DNA of 63,508 nt, filler included, from Octopus bimaculoides (taxonomy: Eukaryota), in the NCBI RefSeq assembly GCF_001194135.2. It is 5 parts of 5 records of this genome, joined end to end, with 100 filler letters (N's around TTAATTAATTAA, not from the genome) between each part and the next. Parts side by side here need not be neighbours in the genome. Positions count along the whole stretch, not along the records: positions 36,801 to 49,706 come from NC_068994.1; positions 49,807 to 61,388 come from NC_068982.1; 3 more parts are not named here. One strand, written 5' to 3'. This document shows, piece after piece, positions 38,332-50,852 of this stretch; the stretch's first letter is position 1; each line of letters starts with the position of its first letter. Both the position numbers and the translations under genes were made by a program. The notes under the pieces are model-generated. The model ran no database searches and had not been told where the DNA came from. It was given only the letters and a program-made list of their open reading frames with translations.

Positions 38332-39055
38332 NNNNNNNNNNATGTGTGTGTGTGTATATACATATACGTATACATATGAGCTTATATATATGTGTGGTAG
38401 TGCGTGTAGTGGTGTGTCCGTGCGTGCTTGCCTGTGATATCTAGCAATACAATTAAAATTGCATTTCGTCCATATATAAACGTTTTATAGAGATTACCCG
38501 ATGTCATGAACGAGTTGTAAACATTTCATAGATAATAGAACTGTTTAGGTAAGCGTCATGTTATAAATTTTTATATTCTGAATTACTACACAATTTATAT
38601 TGCTAGACATTAAAAAAAATATCTAATATCATCCGAGCTCGGTCGGTATGTTTCGGTCTCACAGTTGGAAATAAAGAGGGAAACGTGGTGCGTTACTAAG
38701 AGAGTTATCAACCAAGTTGTTGATATGTGTGTGTATACACGCGCGCGTACACACACACACACATATACACACACACATAATATGAAAATGTAGCCAGCTG
38801 TGAAGACCCAGTTGTGAAGCTGATGAAATTTGAGGAATTAAATCTTAGTCCCAATACCTCCAAGGGCAATGTGAAGGGTCCTAATTATGGGTCAAAGAGA
38901 TGAAGATGGCCCTGCGACTAAGGCATACAAGCCAATCGGTGATTGGACGTACACTGACGGTATCTCTGGACCAGGCATGTGATATAACTAAGTTGACGTC
39001 TCTCACACGCACACATACGCTCACACTACTTAGCTATATCATCGTTATACTAGAG
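37939..39055. repeat. 28-bp inverted repeats 1.1 kb apart, plus a perfect 47-bp direct repeat
   Basis: 37939-37966 matches the reverse complement of 39028-39055 at 25/28. 37953-37999 is identical to 38980-39026. Confidence 0.8.
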
Positions 39056-39267
39056 TTAAACATGCCTTTGGCCTCTTGGAGAAGGATTGTAATAATAATA
39101 ATCACAATGAATGTAATTTGCATTTTTCAGATTTATACAATGTGCATGGTTTTTCACAAGTTGATTTTCGTTGTAATGGAAATCCGTTGACCCTGTTGCA
39201 CAACGCAGTCGATTCACGTCCTCGGCATTATCAACAAAATGATAATAATAATAATAATAATAATAAA

Positions 39268-39480
39268 GATGGTTTCAAACTTTGGCACAAGGCCAGTAGG
39301 CTTTTGGGAGAGGCGTTAAGTCCATTACATCAACCCCAGTATTCAGATGGTACTTATCGACCTCGAAAGGATGAAAGGCGAAGTCGACTTCGGCGGAATT
39401 TGAACTTAGGACGTAGCGACGAGCGAAATACCGCTAAGTATTTCACCCAGCGTGCTAAAGATTCTGTCAGCTCGCCGCCT
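39268..39480 (-). mobile_element. Type B SINE, full length, next to (AAT)n
   Basis: ggtttcaaactttggcacaagg...gtcgacttcggcggaatttgaac...ctcgccgcct. Confidence 0.92.
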
Positions 39481-39759
39481 TTATACTACCACCAACACCA
39501 CCACCACCACCACCGTTATGCATGCAAGACTCCAGGAAGTTCAACAACACTTGTGATCAAGAGAAAATAATAATAATAATAACAAAAAACAAAAATGAAG
39601 AGCATGTTACCTAAACCTTAGAAATAACAATTACCTTGTCTGTTATTACTATAACATGGTTTGAATTCCGCATACTAGCTTATATAATGGTTATGGGCGA
39701 TTGCGTTGCGCACAAAACTGTTAGAGTGACATATTTAGTCTTTCAGCGAATTTTAAAAT

Positions 39760-39881
<122 letters not shown>

Positions 39882-40599
39882 TCTGTGCGTGTAGTGATAC
39901 GAGCATGGGACACTTACATTCAAAACTTGAGTTTCTAGATGGCAATTTCAATCGCTAGCGTTCCTCTTCTGCTGGGAAAGGATCACAGCGTCTTTGTAAT
40001 CCGAGATCTTCTCAGACGTTTTGATCGTTCAAGGGAAATAAGTAGCGAAGAGTGATTATAAGGCCTTGAGGTAAAAAAAAAAAATGACCCTTATATATTC
40101 ATGTACGGTTAAGGTTATAATAAAGTATAATATATGCAATAGATAAAATAAAGGAAAATATGGGATTTAAACATAGTAATGTACAAAGTAGTAAAGAATT
40201 TATCAAATCAAAAACTGAAAGATTGGAAATAAAAATTAAAGGAATGATAAATAAACTATTGAAAAATATTTTACAAATATCTTGCCGCTAGAAATGGCAA
40301 CCAAAGTAAACAGGGATATGCCCGTTCAATTCTGTTTGACCAGATGTTTGCTCGAACATGTTCTAGTTGCGATGATGTTATATTTTTGTATATCAAGGAC
40401 GAAAGTTTTCCAATATGTCCTTTTTATTTAAAACGGTAGAATGCATTTCCGGCAAATTCGATTGTTATATCTAGCATGTGGTGGGGGACATACATAGACA
40501 CCATATACGGTGTAGTGTTTCATCTAGATGTGCCGTAATCATTCAGGGTCACTGGAATTCTACATTTGTCAGATTTTGGAGGCGATGTGAGTAGATTTC

Positions 40600-40750
40600 T
40601 GCGAGGTAGGTGCCATTCTGAAAATCTCTTTCAGCGGATGGGAGCTGGAATAACGGAAAAAAGAAATGCCTTGCCCAACGATACAACGTGCCACCGGGTC
40701 AACAAATCGAAAGCACTACCTTACGATCGTGAGCCTAATAGCTTAGCCTC
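40600..40750 (-). mobile_element. tRNA-derived CORE-like SINE head (type E)
   Basis: gccttgcccaacgatacaacg...aaatcgaaa...cttacgatcgtgagcc: the reverse of a tRNA head plus CORE segment. Confidence 0.5.
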
Positions 40751-41276
40751 CTGGTCAAATTGGCTGCTTCTCAAATAGTATTTTATCCGAGAGTTTCATA
40801 ACTTTAAATCCCTTAAAACTACAAAACACACGACATCCTGCAGGCTAAATACTTGAGAAATACAATTTCGTGATCTACATAAATGATGAGAATACAGCAA
40901 ATCGACAAACTAACCAACCAACAAGCCAGCCAACAAAGCAACCGACCACCTATTTAATCAAAAACTACTTCACTTTTTGTTGGTAATAAACGTCTTCACT
41001 AGTGAAAGATTTTTTTATTTGCTTTGATTTCATTTGATTTCATTTTATTTTAATTCTGAATATAGACGCAATCAATATATTACTTAGGTTTAATTCAAAT
41101 TAACAGATTTTTAGACGTTAACAATACGTCTAAAAATCTTGGCTCTGATATACTGGTGCTATTGATCGATTCCAATGCTCACTTACTGAATATAATAAAT
41201 ACAAGTAATAGAATATGCATAAGTAATCATTATACAATATATATAATACTGTGTACACACACACACACACACACGT

Positions 41277-41391
<115 letters not shown>

Positions 41392-41519
41392 AACAAATTC
41401 GAACACACATACACGAGGTGTGTGTGTTGTTATGTTGTCTGGCGGCTGCGCTTTTTATAGGCGTAAGAGAATATAATCTCAGTTCAAATAGACAATCAAT
41501 TCAAATAATCAGGTACAAC

Positions 41520-41640
41520 TAACGGACAACAAGAAGACGGGCACAAGAAATGTATTAGCTTTGACGCTCGGTGAGCAGAGAGAGCTTGACGTTTCGAGCA
41601 TATCTCCTCGTCGGAAAGGTGAAAAAAGAAAACTCTAAAG
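41520..41640 (-). mobile_element. Short hammerhead-bearing element, subfamily beta
   Basis: Homologous to 51825-52010 and 61490-61620 (ctcgaaacgtcaa...gagcgtcaaa.ctaatac). Confidence 0.75.
41585..41618 (-). ncRNA. Minimal type-I hammerhead-like motif, GUC site
   Basis: CUUU-CCGACGA-G-GAG(AUAUG)CUC-GAA-ACGU-C-AAG. Confidence 0.6.
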
Positions 41641-42059
41641 AAAGAAAGGAAATCGCCAACAGCACGTGTGTAATTACATGTGTATGTATGTATGTATGTA
41701 TGTATGCATGCATGGATGTATGTATGTTCTAAGTCATCCCGACGGATAATACAATATTACAATACGGCCAGAAATTCCTTATTTGCATCGTATATGAGGG
41801 CTTGTGCATGTGTCTGTAGTGAAAACATGAAATGTAACTGCACAAAGAACCTACTCACAAGACAAATCTATACTGGAACTATTTAAAAACAAATCGTGAA
41901 AGCTGTTGGGAGAAAACAATAAAAAAAGAAAAGAAATAGTTCCTTTTTAATCTTTAAATGAATTTGGATTAAATAATATTAAAATCTTGATTACCTTAAA
42001 ATCTGGCTGAAGAGCTCAGAAAGAGGACGAAATGATAATATCCACAGTTATCAGAGACT

Positions 42060-42200
42060 TTAAAAACTGAAATTTTGAGAAAAACTCAAACGGATGAGAG
42101 CAAAGTCGATCTCGGCGGAATCTGAACTCAGAACATGAAACCAAATGAAATGCAGCCAAGGATTTTTTCCAGTGAGCAAGAGATTCTGCCAGTTTGAACG
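42060..42200 (-). mobile_element. Type B SINE 5' part
   Basis: ggatgagagcaaagtcgatctcggcggaatctgaactcagaac. Confidence 0.8.
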
Positions 42201-42439
42201 CAAAGTTTTCTATCCGACACGTTAACATCTGTGCCGATTTGTCGTCTTTGTAATATACGTATTTTTAACAAGAAAAGTTTCTAAGTTAGGTTAGGGATGT
42301 ATGCCGTAGGGACCAGAGAGAACTTGTATTTCAAGTTTCTTTTTTACTTTCCACTTGAGGGACAAAATTTTCATTTCCTTTAACATTTGCAAAGTTAAAG
42401 TTGCTCTAACAACACATGTTCAATTGTACAACAAATGTC

Positions 42440-42627
42440 TCGGATAACAGTGTCAGCAGCGAAGCATCAGATTCTAATACTACCTATGAAGTACGGACTC
42501 ATGATACTGTATAACCTTTGCTGAGAATGTAGGATGAAGTGGCGAGCCATGAATTGAGACTGAGTCTCAAAGTGATGGTCGTCACTGCAGAGCCTGCGTA
42601 GACTGAGGAATTGAGAATAGGGGGTGG
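42440..42627 (-). mobile_element. Penelope-like RT thumb fragment
   Basis: Minus translation STPYSQFLSLRRLCSDDHHFETQSQFMARHF matches the PLE motif IPYSQFLRLRRICS. Confidence 0.75.
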
Positions 42628-42634
42628 AAAGTTT

Positions 42635-42790
42635 ATATACGACAGACTTCCACATAGTTTCCATTTACCAAATTCATTCACAATGCAAAGGCTGCCCAGA
42701 GCAATAGTAGGAGACACTTTCCCATGATGCTGCACTGTGAAACTGAGCCCAAAACCAGTTGGCTGCAAAGTGAGCTTCTAATACACGGCA
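42635..42790 (-). mobile_element. Type A SINE head
   Basis: tttccatttaccaaattcattcaca...agacactttccca...ggctgcaaagtgagcttc. Confidence 0.7.
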
Positions 42791-42825
42791 TGTTTATCCG
42801 AAGACACACCATGAAAGCTTATATA

Positions 42826-43743
42826 CGTGGTTTGATCAATAAGTATCCGGACTATTGCTATAGTAACGAAGCTAATACACGCAGAGGAAAGTCACTTGGC
42901 ACAGATTGATTTTAAACTCTGCTGTACATGCGCACTTAGCATTAAGGATCTAGGTCACTTCTGCTGCTTACAGCTGTGCTTGGAAGAAAGTGTTTAGCGT
43001 GTGACCGTCGCATTAACCATGATAGAGAAAGTTGAGTAGAGAATCAGCGATAAAATTTTACCAAAAGCTTGGCGACACCTACTCAAAGGCCTCCGCATAG
43101 TTTTCAAAAAGTATTTTTCGTTCTGGACACAATCAATGAGATCTTGTGCAACTGAAACCCGAGTGTCTTTTTGGTCAGCTGAAAGCAGTTTTGGCACAAA
43201 CTCGGCAGACACGTATCTCATACCCAAATCTTCAGTGATAATGGACTGAACTGAACCGTAACTAATCTGCACATCCTCTGTTAACTCATGTATGCTGATT
43301 CGACAATTTTCCCTCACAGCTGCATGCACATCTGCGATGTTTTTCTCAGTTCTGCAGGTTGCGGGTCTCCCAGAACGTTCGTCAATATCGACATTTTTTC
43401 GGCCATTTTGGAAACGACTGAACCACTCATACACTTGTGTGTGTCTCATATACTCCTCTCCATACACTTTCAGCAACTTTCCGCAGACCTTTGAGCAGGT
43501 ATCGCCATGGCAATTTTCTCTGTCATGGTCAATGCGATGATCACACGCTACACACTGTAGCGGCGGAAGTGAGCTGTAAACGGCGGAAGTGAGCTGTAAA
43601 CGGCGGAAGTGAACTGGAACGTTAAAACTTAGTGCAAATGCACAACAGAATTCAAGCTCAGTCTGTGTCAAACAGCTTTTTTCTTCGCGTGGTTTAGCTT
43701 CGTTACTATGGCAACAGTTCGGATACTTATTGATCAGACCTCG
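42826..43743. mobile_element. Non-autonomous mariner built from two inverted 5' ends (918 bp, TA target duplication)
   Basis: TA|CG(T/A)GGT(T/C)TGATCAATAAGTATCCG TIRs. Both arms include the transposase ATG (43019 +, 43526 -). The minus arm encodes YEWFSRFQNGR...DERSGRP...FVPKLLS. Confidence 0.92.
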
Positions 43744-44337
43744 TATAATAGGTTCATTTAAAAGTACAATACGAATCACAATTGTTTAGCGTAAATTATC
43801 TTTAAAATCTTTATATCATATTTATAACATGGAGTGAAGCGTAACTGCTGCAAGAACAGATACACTACTATATCTCAATAAATTTGTTTTTAATATTTTC
43901 ATTTCATATCTAATAAATTTATATATAATAAGATAATAATCTAAAACAACAACGAAACTTTATCAAATTACATCTTGTTTTTATTTCTTAGTAAAGTTCG
44001 CAGAGAAAACCATAGCAATCTAATACTGTGTATTAATCTTGATTTTAGTGAGAAAAAATGGCGTTTTATACATAAAATTTCACAGTGCTAAATGGCTGAG
44101 TTCATAATATAAAACCTTATAGTAACAAGTTCACATACTGTAAAACATGCTGTAAATGAATATAGACAACTTGTTTTAAGCGATACGACTAAGATATTCT
44201 AAGCAAATTGTGCTAAGTTGATAATAGCAAATGAGAGTGTAACCACTTTCAATTCGGTCTGCAGTAGTTGGAGCTGTTGTTGGTGTTGTTGTCGATGTTG
44301 ATGATGATGGTGATGATGATGACTGGCGGCGATGATG

Positions 44338-44549
44338 ATGGTTTGGCATAAGGGTAGCAAGTTACATGGGAGAGTGATAGCCGATTACATCGACCACAAT
44401 ACTCACCTGATACTTATTTTATCGACCCTGAAAGGATGAAAGGCAAAGTAGGCATCAGTGTAATTTGAACTCAGAAACGTAAAGACGGACGAAGTGTCAC
44501 TAAGTATTTTGCCCGGAGAGCTAACTATTCTGCCACCTTGCCGACTTAC
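44338..44549 (-). mobile_element. Type B SINE
   Basis: atacttattttatcgaccctgaaaggatgaaaggcaaag...tttgaactcaga. Confidence 0.88.
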
Positions 44550-44584
44550 TGCTACTAATAATAATGGTTTCATAATAAGGGTTA

Positions 44585-44809
44585 AGGCGGCGAGCTGGCA
44601 GAAACGTTAGCACGCCGGGCAAAATGCTTAACGGTATTTCGTCTGACGCTACGTTCTGAGTTCAAATTCCGCCGAGGTCGACTTTGCTTTTCATCCTTTC
44701 GGGGTCGATTAAATAAGTACCAGTTATGCACTGTGGTCGATGTAATCGACTGAATCCCTTTGTTTGCTCGCTTTATGTTTAGCCTCCTGTGGGCAATAAA
44801 GAAACAAAT
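44585..44809 (+). mobile_element. Type B SINE, full length and young-looking
   Basis: A box tggcagaaacg, B box gagttcaaattcc, central ttcatcctttcggggtcgattaaataagtacc domain, aataaagaaa tail. Confidence 0.95.
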
Positions 44810-44810
44810 A

Positions 44811-45027
44811 ATGGATTCAAAATTTTGGCACAGGGCCAGCAATTTCGGGTGAAGAGATAAATCGTTTACATAACCCCAGTGATGAGCTGCTACTTAATTT
44901 ATCCCAGCCGAAAGAATGAAAGGCAAAGTTGACCTCGGCAGAATTTGAACTCAGAACTTGAGGACGGACGAAACGCCGCTAAGCATTACGCTCGCCGTGC
45001 TAACGATTTTCCCAGATCGTCACCTTA
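44811..45027 (-). mobile_element. Type B SINE
   Basis: gaatgaaaggcaaagttgacctcggcagaatttgaactcagaac. Confidence 0.88.
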
Positions 45028-45731
45028 CTGCCATTGATAATATTAATTGGAAAAATTGCCATCCTGCAAGCGAAAAAAAAACATTAAACGGTTAGCGAAA
45101 ATGTAAGGCATGAAAATATGTAGCATGAAAATGAAAATATGTAGCACCTTAAAACGAAAACAATCCTACGCATTATAGCTTCCTTAGGGAATATAAGAAA
45201 CAATGGTAGACATCTTTTAGGGCAGCCATCTCTCCAGATTTCTTTTTAAAAATGCTTAGTATTGACTCAATGATCACATCCCATCTAGACCCCTGTCAAC
45301 GTAAATGCGAATTTGAACCTTCCTGATGAACATATCGCTTCCTGATGAACATATAGATTTATCATGTAGGCTGTATGCTTGAGCTAGCTTAGAATTAAAT
45401 ATAAACGTGATAGGAGAAAGCTGCAATTTGAAACTAGTTCACAGCTGTAGCAACCCTTAGCACTTCTTTCATGCCTCGCATTTTTTTTTATTCGTATTTC
45501 AGTTTATTACTTTCTTTTTTTCTATTTATAATAATCATTTTTTTTTTGTAATTACTTTCTTAATTGCATTTCCAATACATATTCTATTTCATTTTTTAAT
45601 AGCTTCAAAATTAATTTCTTTTTAATTATCAAAATATATTATGAAAATTCTATGTAGAGTTTCTTATATAGTATAACTACATATTACGCAAAATTTTATG
45701 TTACATGAAGTTACATTCGACAGTATCATAC

Positions 45732-45776
<45 letters not shown>

Positions 45777-46590
45777 NNNNNNNNNNNNNNNNNNNNNNNN
45801 NNNNNNNNNNNNNNNNNNNNNNNNNNNNNNNNNNNNNNNNNNNNNNNNNNNNNNNNNNNNNNNNNNNNNNNNNNNNNNNNNNNNNNNNNNNNNNNNNNNN
45901 NNNNNNNNNNNNNNNNNNNNNNNNNNNNNNNNNNNNNNNNNNNNNNNNNNNNNNNNNNNNNNNNNNNNNNNNNNNNNNNNNNNNNNNNNNNNNNNNNNNN
46001 NNNNNNNNNNNNNNNNNNNNNNNNNNNNNNNNNNNNNNNNNNNNNNNNNNNNNNNNNNNNNNNNNNNNNNNNNNNNNNNNNNNNNNNNNNNNNNNNNNNN
46101 NNNNNNNNNNNNNNNNNNNNNNNNNNNNNNNNNNNNNNNNNNNNNNNNNNNNNNNNNNNNNNNNNNNNNNNNNNNNNNNNNNNNNNNNNNNNNNNNNNNN
46201 NNNNNNNNNNNNNNNNNNNNNNNNNNNNNNNNNNNNNNNNNNNNNNNNNNNNNNNNNNNNNNNNNNNNNNNNNNNNNNNNNNNNNNNNNNNNNNNNNNNN
46301 NNNNNNNNNNNNNNNNNNNNNNNNNNNNNNNNNNNNNNNNNNNNNNNNNNNNNNNNNNNNNNNNNNNNNNNNNNNNNNNNNNNNNNNNNNNNNNNNNNNN
46401 NNNNNNNNNNNNNNNNNNNNNNNNNNNNNNNNNNNNNNNNNNNNNNNNNNNNNNNNNNNNNNNNNNNNNNNNNNNNNNNNNNNNNNNNNNNNNNNNNNNN
46501 NNNNNNNNNNNNNNNNNNNCAATCACGTACCGAGACGCACGCGAGCACACGTACACACACACATGCAAACGTGTTTATATATAATAAACA

Positions 46591-46728
46591 GGCGCAAGAG
46601 TGGCTGTGGGGTTCCGGATTCAGTTCCACTGCGTAGCATCTTGGTCAAGTGTCTTCTATTATAGCGTCGTGCCGACCAAAGCCTTGTGAATGGTAAATGG
46701 AAACTGAAAGAAACCCATCGTATATATT

Positions 46729-46760
<32 letters not shown>

Positions 46761-46973
46761 TATATGTGTGCATGTATTTATGTGTCTTTGTTTATCTCCC
46801 CACCATCGCTTGACAGCCGATGTTGGTGTGTTTGCGTCTCCGTAACTTAGAGACCGATAGAATAAGTACTAGGCTTACAAAGAATAAGTCTTGGAGTCGA
46901 TTTGCTCGACTAAAGTTGGTGCTCCAGCATGGCTGTAGTCAATTGACTGAAACAAGTACAAGAATAAAAGAAA
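46591..46973 (+). mobile_element. Type A SINE, near full length, internal (TATG)n
   Basis: ggcgcaagagtggctgtg through gactgaaacaagtacaaga. Confidence 0.92.
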
Positions 46974-47386
46974 TATAAACATATATATATATCACTCTAT
47001 CTATCTATCTATCTATCTATCTATCCATCTATCTATCTATCTATCTATCTATCTGTCTGTCTCCCTATCTCTCTCTATTTAGCTCTCTCTCTCTCTCTGT
47101 TTCTATCTATCTATTTATATGCATATATACACACGCACTTACAAACACATACACACAACACACACACAACACACGCACAACACACACACATACACACACA
47201 CACAAATATATTTTGATGCCTTAATGGTTAAGCAGAACTAACATATATGGTTTGGTGGGGGGTGTATTTCAACCCAGGTGCATACAAACATGCATCGAAA
47301 CATACATGCATACATACATAAATACATACATACATACATACATACATACATACATACGTACATGCATACATACATACATACATACA

Positions 47387-47418
<32 letters not shown>

Positions 47419-48394
47419 CACATAAACAGATATATATAAGCACACAGCTTACCTACATACATGCTTCTATAAAAATGAGAAAAAAAAATCCAATTCAATC
47501 GAAAAATCTACACTGAAACAGCATAAATTTTCTGCTTCTCTATAACCAATTCTGCACCATATTTGCAAATAATTTCACAATCTCTGTTGAACAAGTTGTT
47601 TATATTTGTGGATTAGGAAACTGCAGAGCTTCGCTGTTATTCTGAGTGATTTTATATTTTCCATGTATTTGGATAGAATAAACATCACGCAAGTAGAATT
47701 GGCGAAACCATAAATATGATGGTTTACATTAGATTTTGAGGGGTAAATTCCTTCAAATAACATCTTCCTTTGAATAAGTATGTATATGTATAATTGTATG
47801 TTTGCGCGCGTATGTGTGTATGTATGTATATATACATATATATATATATATCAATGTATGTGTGTGTATAAACGCACATACATTTGTGTTTGTATGAATA
47901 GTTTGATAAATAGATTGATAGACACATACAGGCATACGCAAACACACACACACACATACATACATACACATATATATCTACGCACCCGCGCATATACCTA
48001 TGGATAGAGAGATAGATAGATGCATATATATATATATATATATATACAACTACTTCCCGGTAATAAACACACGCACTGGTTCAGTCCTTTATTAATTTAT
48101 ATAGTTTTTTGTTAAATTATTTCATTGCACTCTTGCAATCTCTTCAGTAACTTGTCTCTCCACTTCCATTTATTTTGAATGTATGATCTGGCGTTGTTTT
48201 GGCGTTGTTTCGAAACTGTTTGGTATGAGCATGTGAGTGTGTGCAAGCTCGTATGTGTGCACGCTCATATATTTATATTTATATGCATATATGTACATAC
48301 ATATATTCATATATGTATATACATATATGCATATATACATATTCATGCTTACATGCATAAATACATACATACACACATACATACATGCATGCAT

Positions 48395-48525
48395 ACAAGA
48401 GACCAATAGAATACGTGCCAAACTTGTAATAAAAGTATTCCTGCGGTCGATTTTCTCCAGTAAAAAACCCTTCGAGACGGTGCCCCAGCTTGGCCGCAAT
48501 CTAATGACTGAAACAAGTAAATGAT
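48395..48525 (+). mobile_element. Type A SINE 3' tail (diverged)
   Basis: gagaccaatagaatacgt...gcggtcgatttt...ctaatgactgaaacaagtaaa. Confidence 0.7.
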
Positions 48526-49034
48526 CAAAGATACATATGCACACACATATATATCAGCAAATATTTAAACACACACACAGATGCACAAGCACACACAACC
48601 ACACACACATACACAAGCACACACACACACTCCCACACACACACTCTCACACACACACTCTCACACACACACACTATAATCACAGCCACCATTTGTTTGG
48701 TTCAGTGTTTATGTTAAATGTAAAGCTACAATCAGTGCTGGCCTTCAATGTTACCGTATTACGTAATCAATGAGATTTTTTTAACTCCTGGTCAAGAGGT
48801 ATGTATTTACGCGTGTATACGTTCTACACATGTGTACGTAGGCATGTGTGTGCGGACGCGCGCCTCTGAGGGTGTATGCATAATTAATATCTGTTACATA
48901 TTATTTATAAAGGCGTAAATATATTAAAGTTTGCGATAAAATTTATAAAATATCATATATATATATATATATATATATATANNNNNNNNNNNNNNNNNNN
49001 NNNNNNNNNNNNNNNNNNNNNNNNNNNNNNNNNN

Positions 49035-49083
<49 letters not shown>

Positions 49084-49226
49084 AAGTATGTGTGTGTACG
49101 TGTGTACATATATATATATTAATATTACATATATATATATACACACAGAGAGTGAGACTGAGATGGAGAGAGTGAAAGACTCATTTATATATAAACCCAC
49201 AAACAATATATATATATGTGTGTGTA

Positions 49227-49265
<39 letters not shown>

Positions 49266-49914
49266 ATGCGTATTGTATACGTACATATATATGTGTGAGC
49301 GTGCGTGTGAATTACGTACAGCTATGTATGTGTGTGTTTGTGTATGTGCGTGTGTGTGTGTGTGTGCGTGCATGTGTAAGAATATATGCATATGCATATG
49401 CAAACACGAAGATATATACACAGTCATATGTATACATTTAATGTAGATTATTCACGTTATTGACGTAAGATATACATTACACGTATTTGTTGGTGTATGG
49501 AGGTTCATGCATACACCATTCATATGTATAACCTCTCCATATCTGTAAGTTATAGACGTAAATGTATGTAAGAGCACACACATGTACACACATTTTTATG
49601 CATAGCCATGTATGTCTCTATATATACTTATATCTCAATGTATGCATGTATGTATATATTTATATATATATATGCATATGTTTGTACATATATATATATA
49701 TATATANNNNNNNNNNNNNNNNNNNNNNNNNNNNNNNNNNNNNNNNNNNNTTAATTAATTAANNNNNNNNNNNNNNNNNNNNNNNNNNNNNNNNNNNNNN
49801 NNNNNNGATTATTAATTTTATTACTAATTGACGATTCCCTGCCCTGCATATCTATCTATCTATATATATATATATATATAGGTATATATGTATATATATG
49901 TGTGTGTGTGTATG

Positions 49915-49955
<41 letters not shown>

Positions 49956-50064
49956 ATGTGTGTGTGTGTGTCTGTGTGTGTGTGCGTGTGTGTGTGTGTG
50001 CGTGTGCGTGTGTGTGTGTGTATATAAAATTGAATATACTCATATAAGTATATGCTTATGTGTT

Positions 50065-50385
50065 TTCTGCTACAACCTTGGCCTGATACAAGCCTTGTGA
50101 ATGGATTTGGTAGATGGAAACTGAAAGAAGCCCGTCGTATATATATGTTTTTGTGTGCATGTGTATGTGTGTATGTGTGTGTGTTTGTGTGTCTGTTTTT
50201 GTCTCCCCACCATCGCTTGACAATCGATGTTGGTGTGTTTACTTCCTCGTAAACTAGCGGTTCGGCAAAAGAAACCGATAAAATAAGTACTCGGCTCACA
50301 AAGAATATGTCCTGCATTCAATTCATTCGTCTAAAAGTAGTGCTCCAGCATAACTTCAGTCAAATAACTAAAACAAGTAAGAGAT
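50065..50385 (+). mobile_element. Type A SINE, 5'-truncated
   Basis: gccttgtgaatggatttggtagatggaaactgaaagaagcccgtcg through the tail. Confidence 0.9.
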
Positions 50386-50435
50386 ACATAATATCTATTG
50401 CACATATACAATGTACATGTTTTCTTTGCTCCCAG

Positions 50436-50486
50436 GATACAGTGAGGTATACCGTTTGGAGACGACTCCCTCATAATCATAATCAG
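50436..50486 (+). CDS. Candidate internal exon, 51 nt, phase 0-0 (DTVRYTVWRRLPHNHNQ)
   Basis: Strong acceptor tgttttctttgctcccag|, strong donor cag|gtgagg, length divisible by 3, only phase 0 open, in phase with the 33491 exon. Confidence 0.5.
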
Positions 50487-50852
50487 GTGAGGCAACTCAT
50501 CAAGGATTGAATTCAGGCGTGATGGTTACCGTTATTTCGCTATTTTACTGCTTATCGACATCACGTATTTGAATTGAACCGGGGACGAATCGGGACGAAT
50601 AGTTCTTAGCTATTGATATGTAATCATATACTATAAATAAATTAGCAGTGCTATTTGTGTTAGATGTATGGGTGGAAGTGTTAGAATGCCGAACCATTTT
50701 CTTTACGGTATGTATTCTGGTTCTCTATGTTCTGAGTTTAAATATCGTCATGACGTATATGGTTGTTAAATTGTGTACGTCCTATAGTGTTACAAGAACT
50801 TATATGTCCCTGAATATCTTTAGCAGAGTTCACTGTGCTGCAAGTAATGACA

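Noticed and set aside
43561-43615. Short regularly repeated units suggesting a CRISPR array
   Set aside because: Head-to-tail 20-bp repeats with no spacers, inside a mariner in eukaryotic DNA.
42994-43779. 261-aa ORF that looks like an intact gene
   Set aside because: It reads through the mariner TIR and the inverted arm and lacks the catalytic DDD domain.
45326-45355. CTGATGA twice (hammerhead core-like)
   Set aside because: An 18-bp local duplication with no stem II or GAAA.
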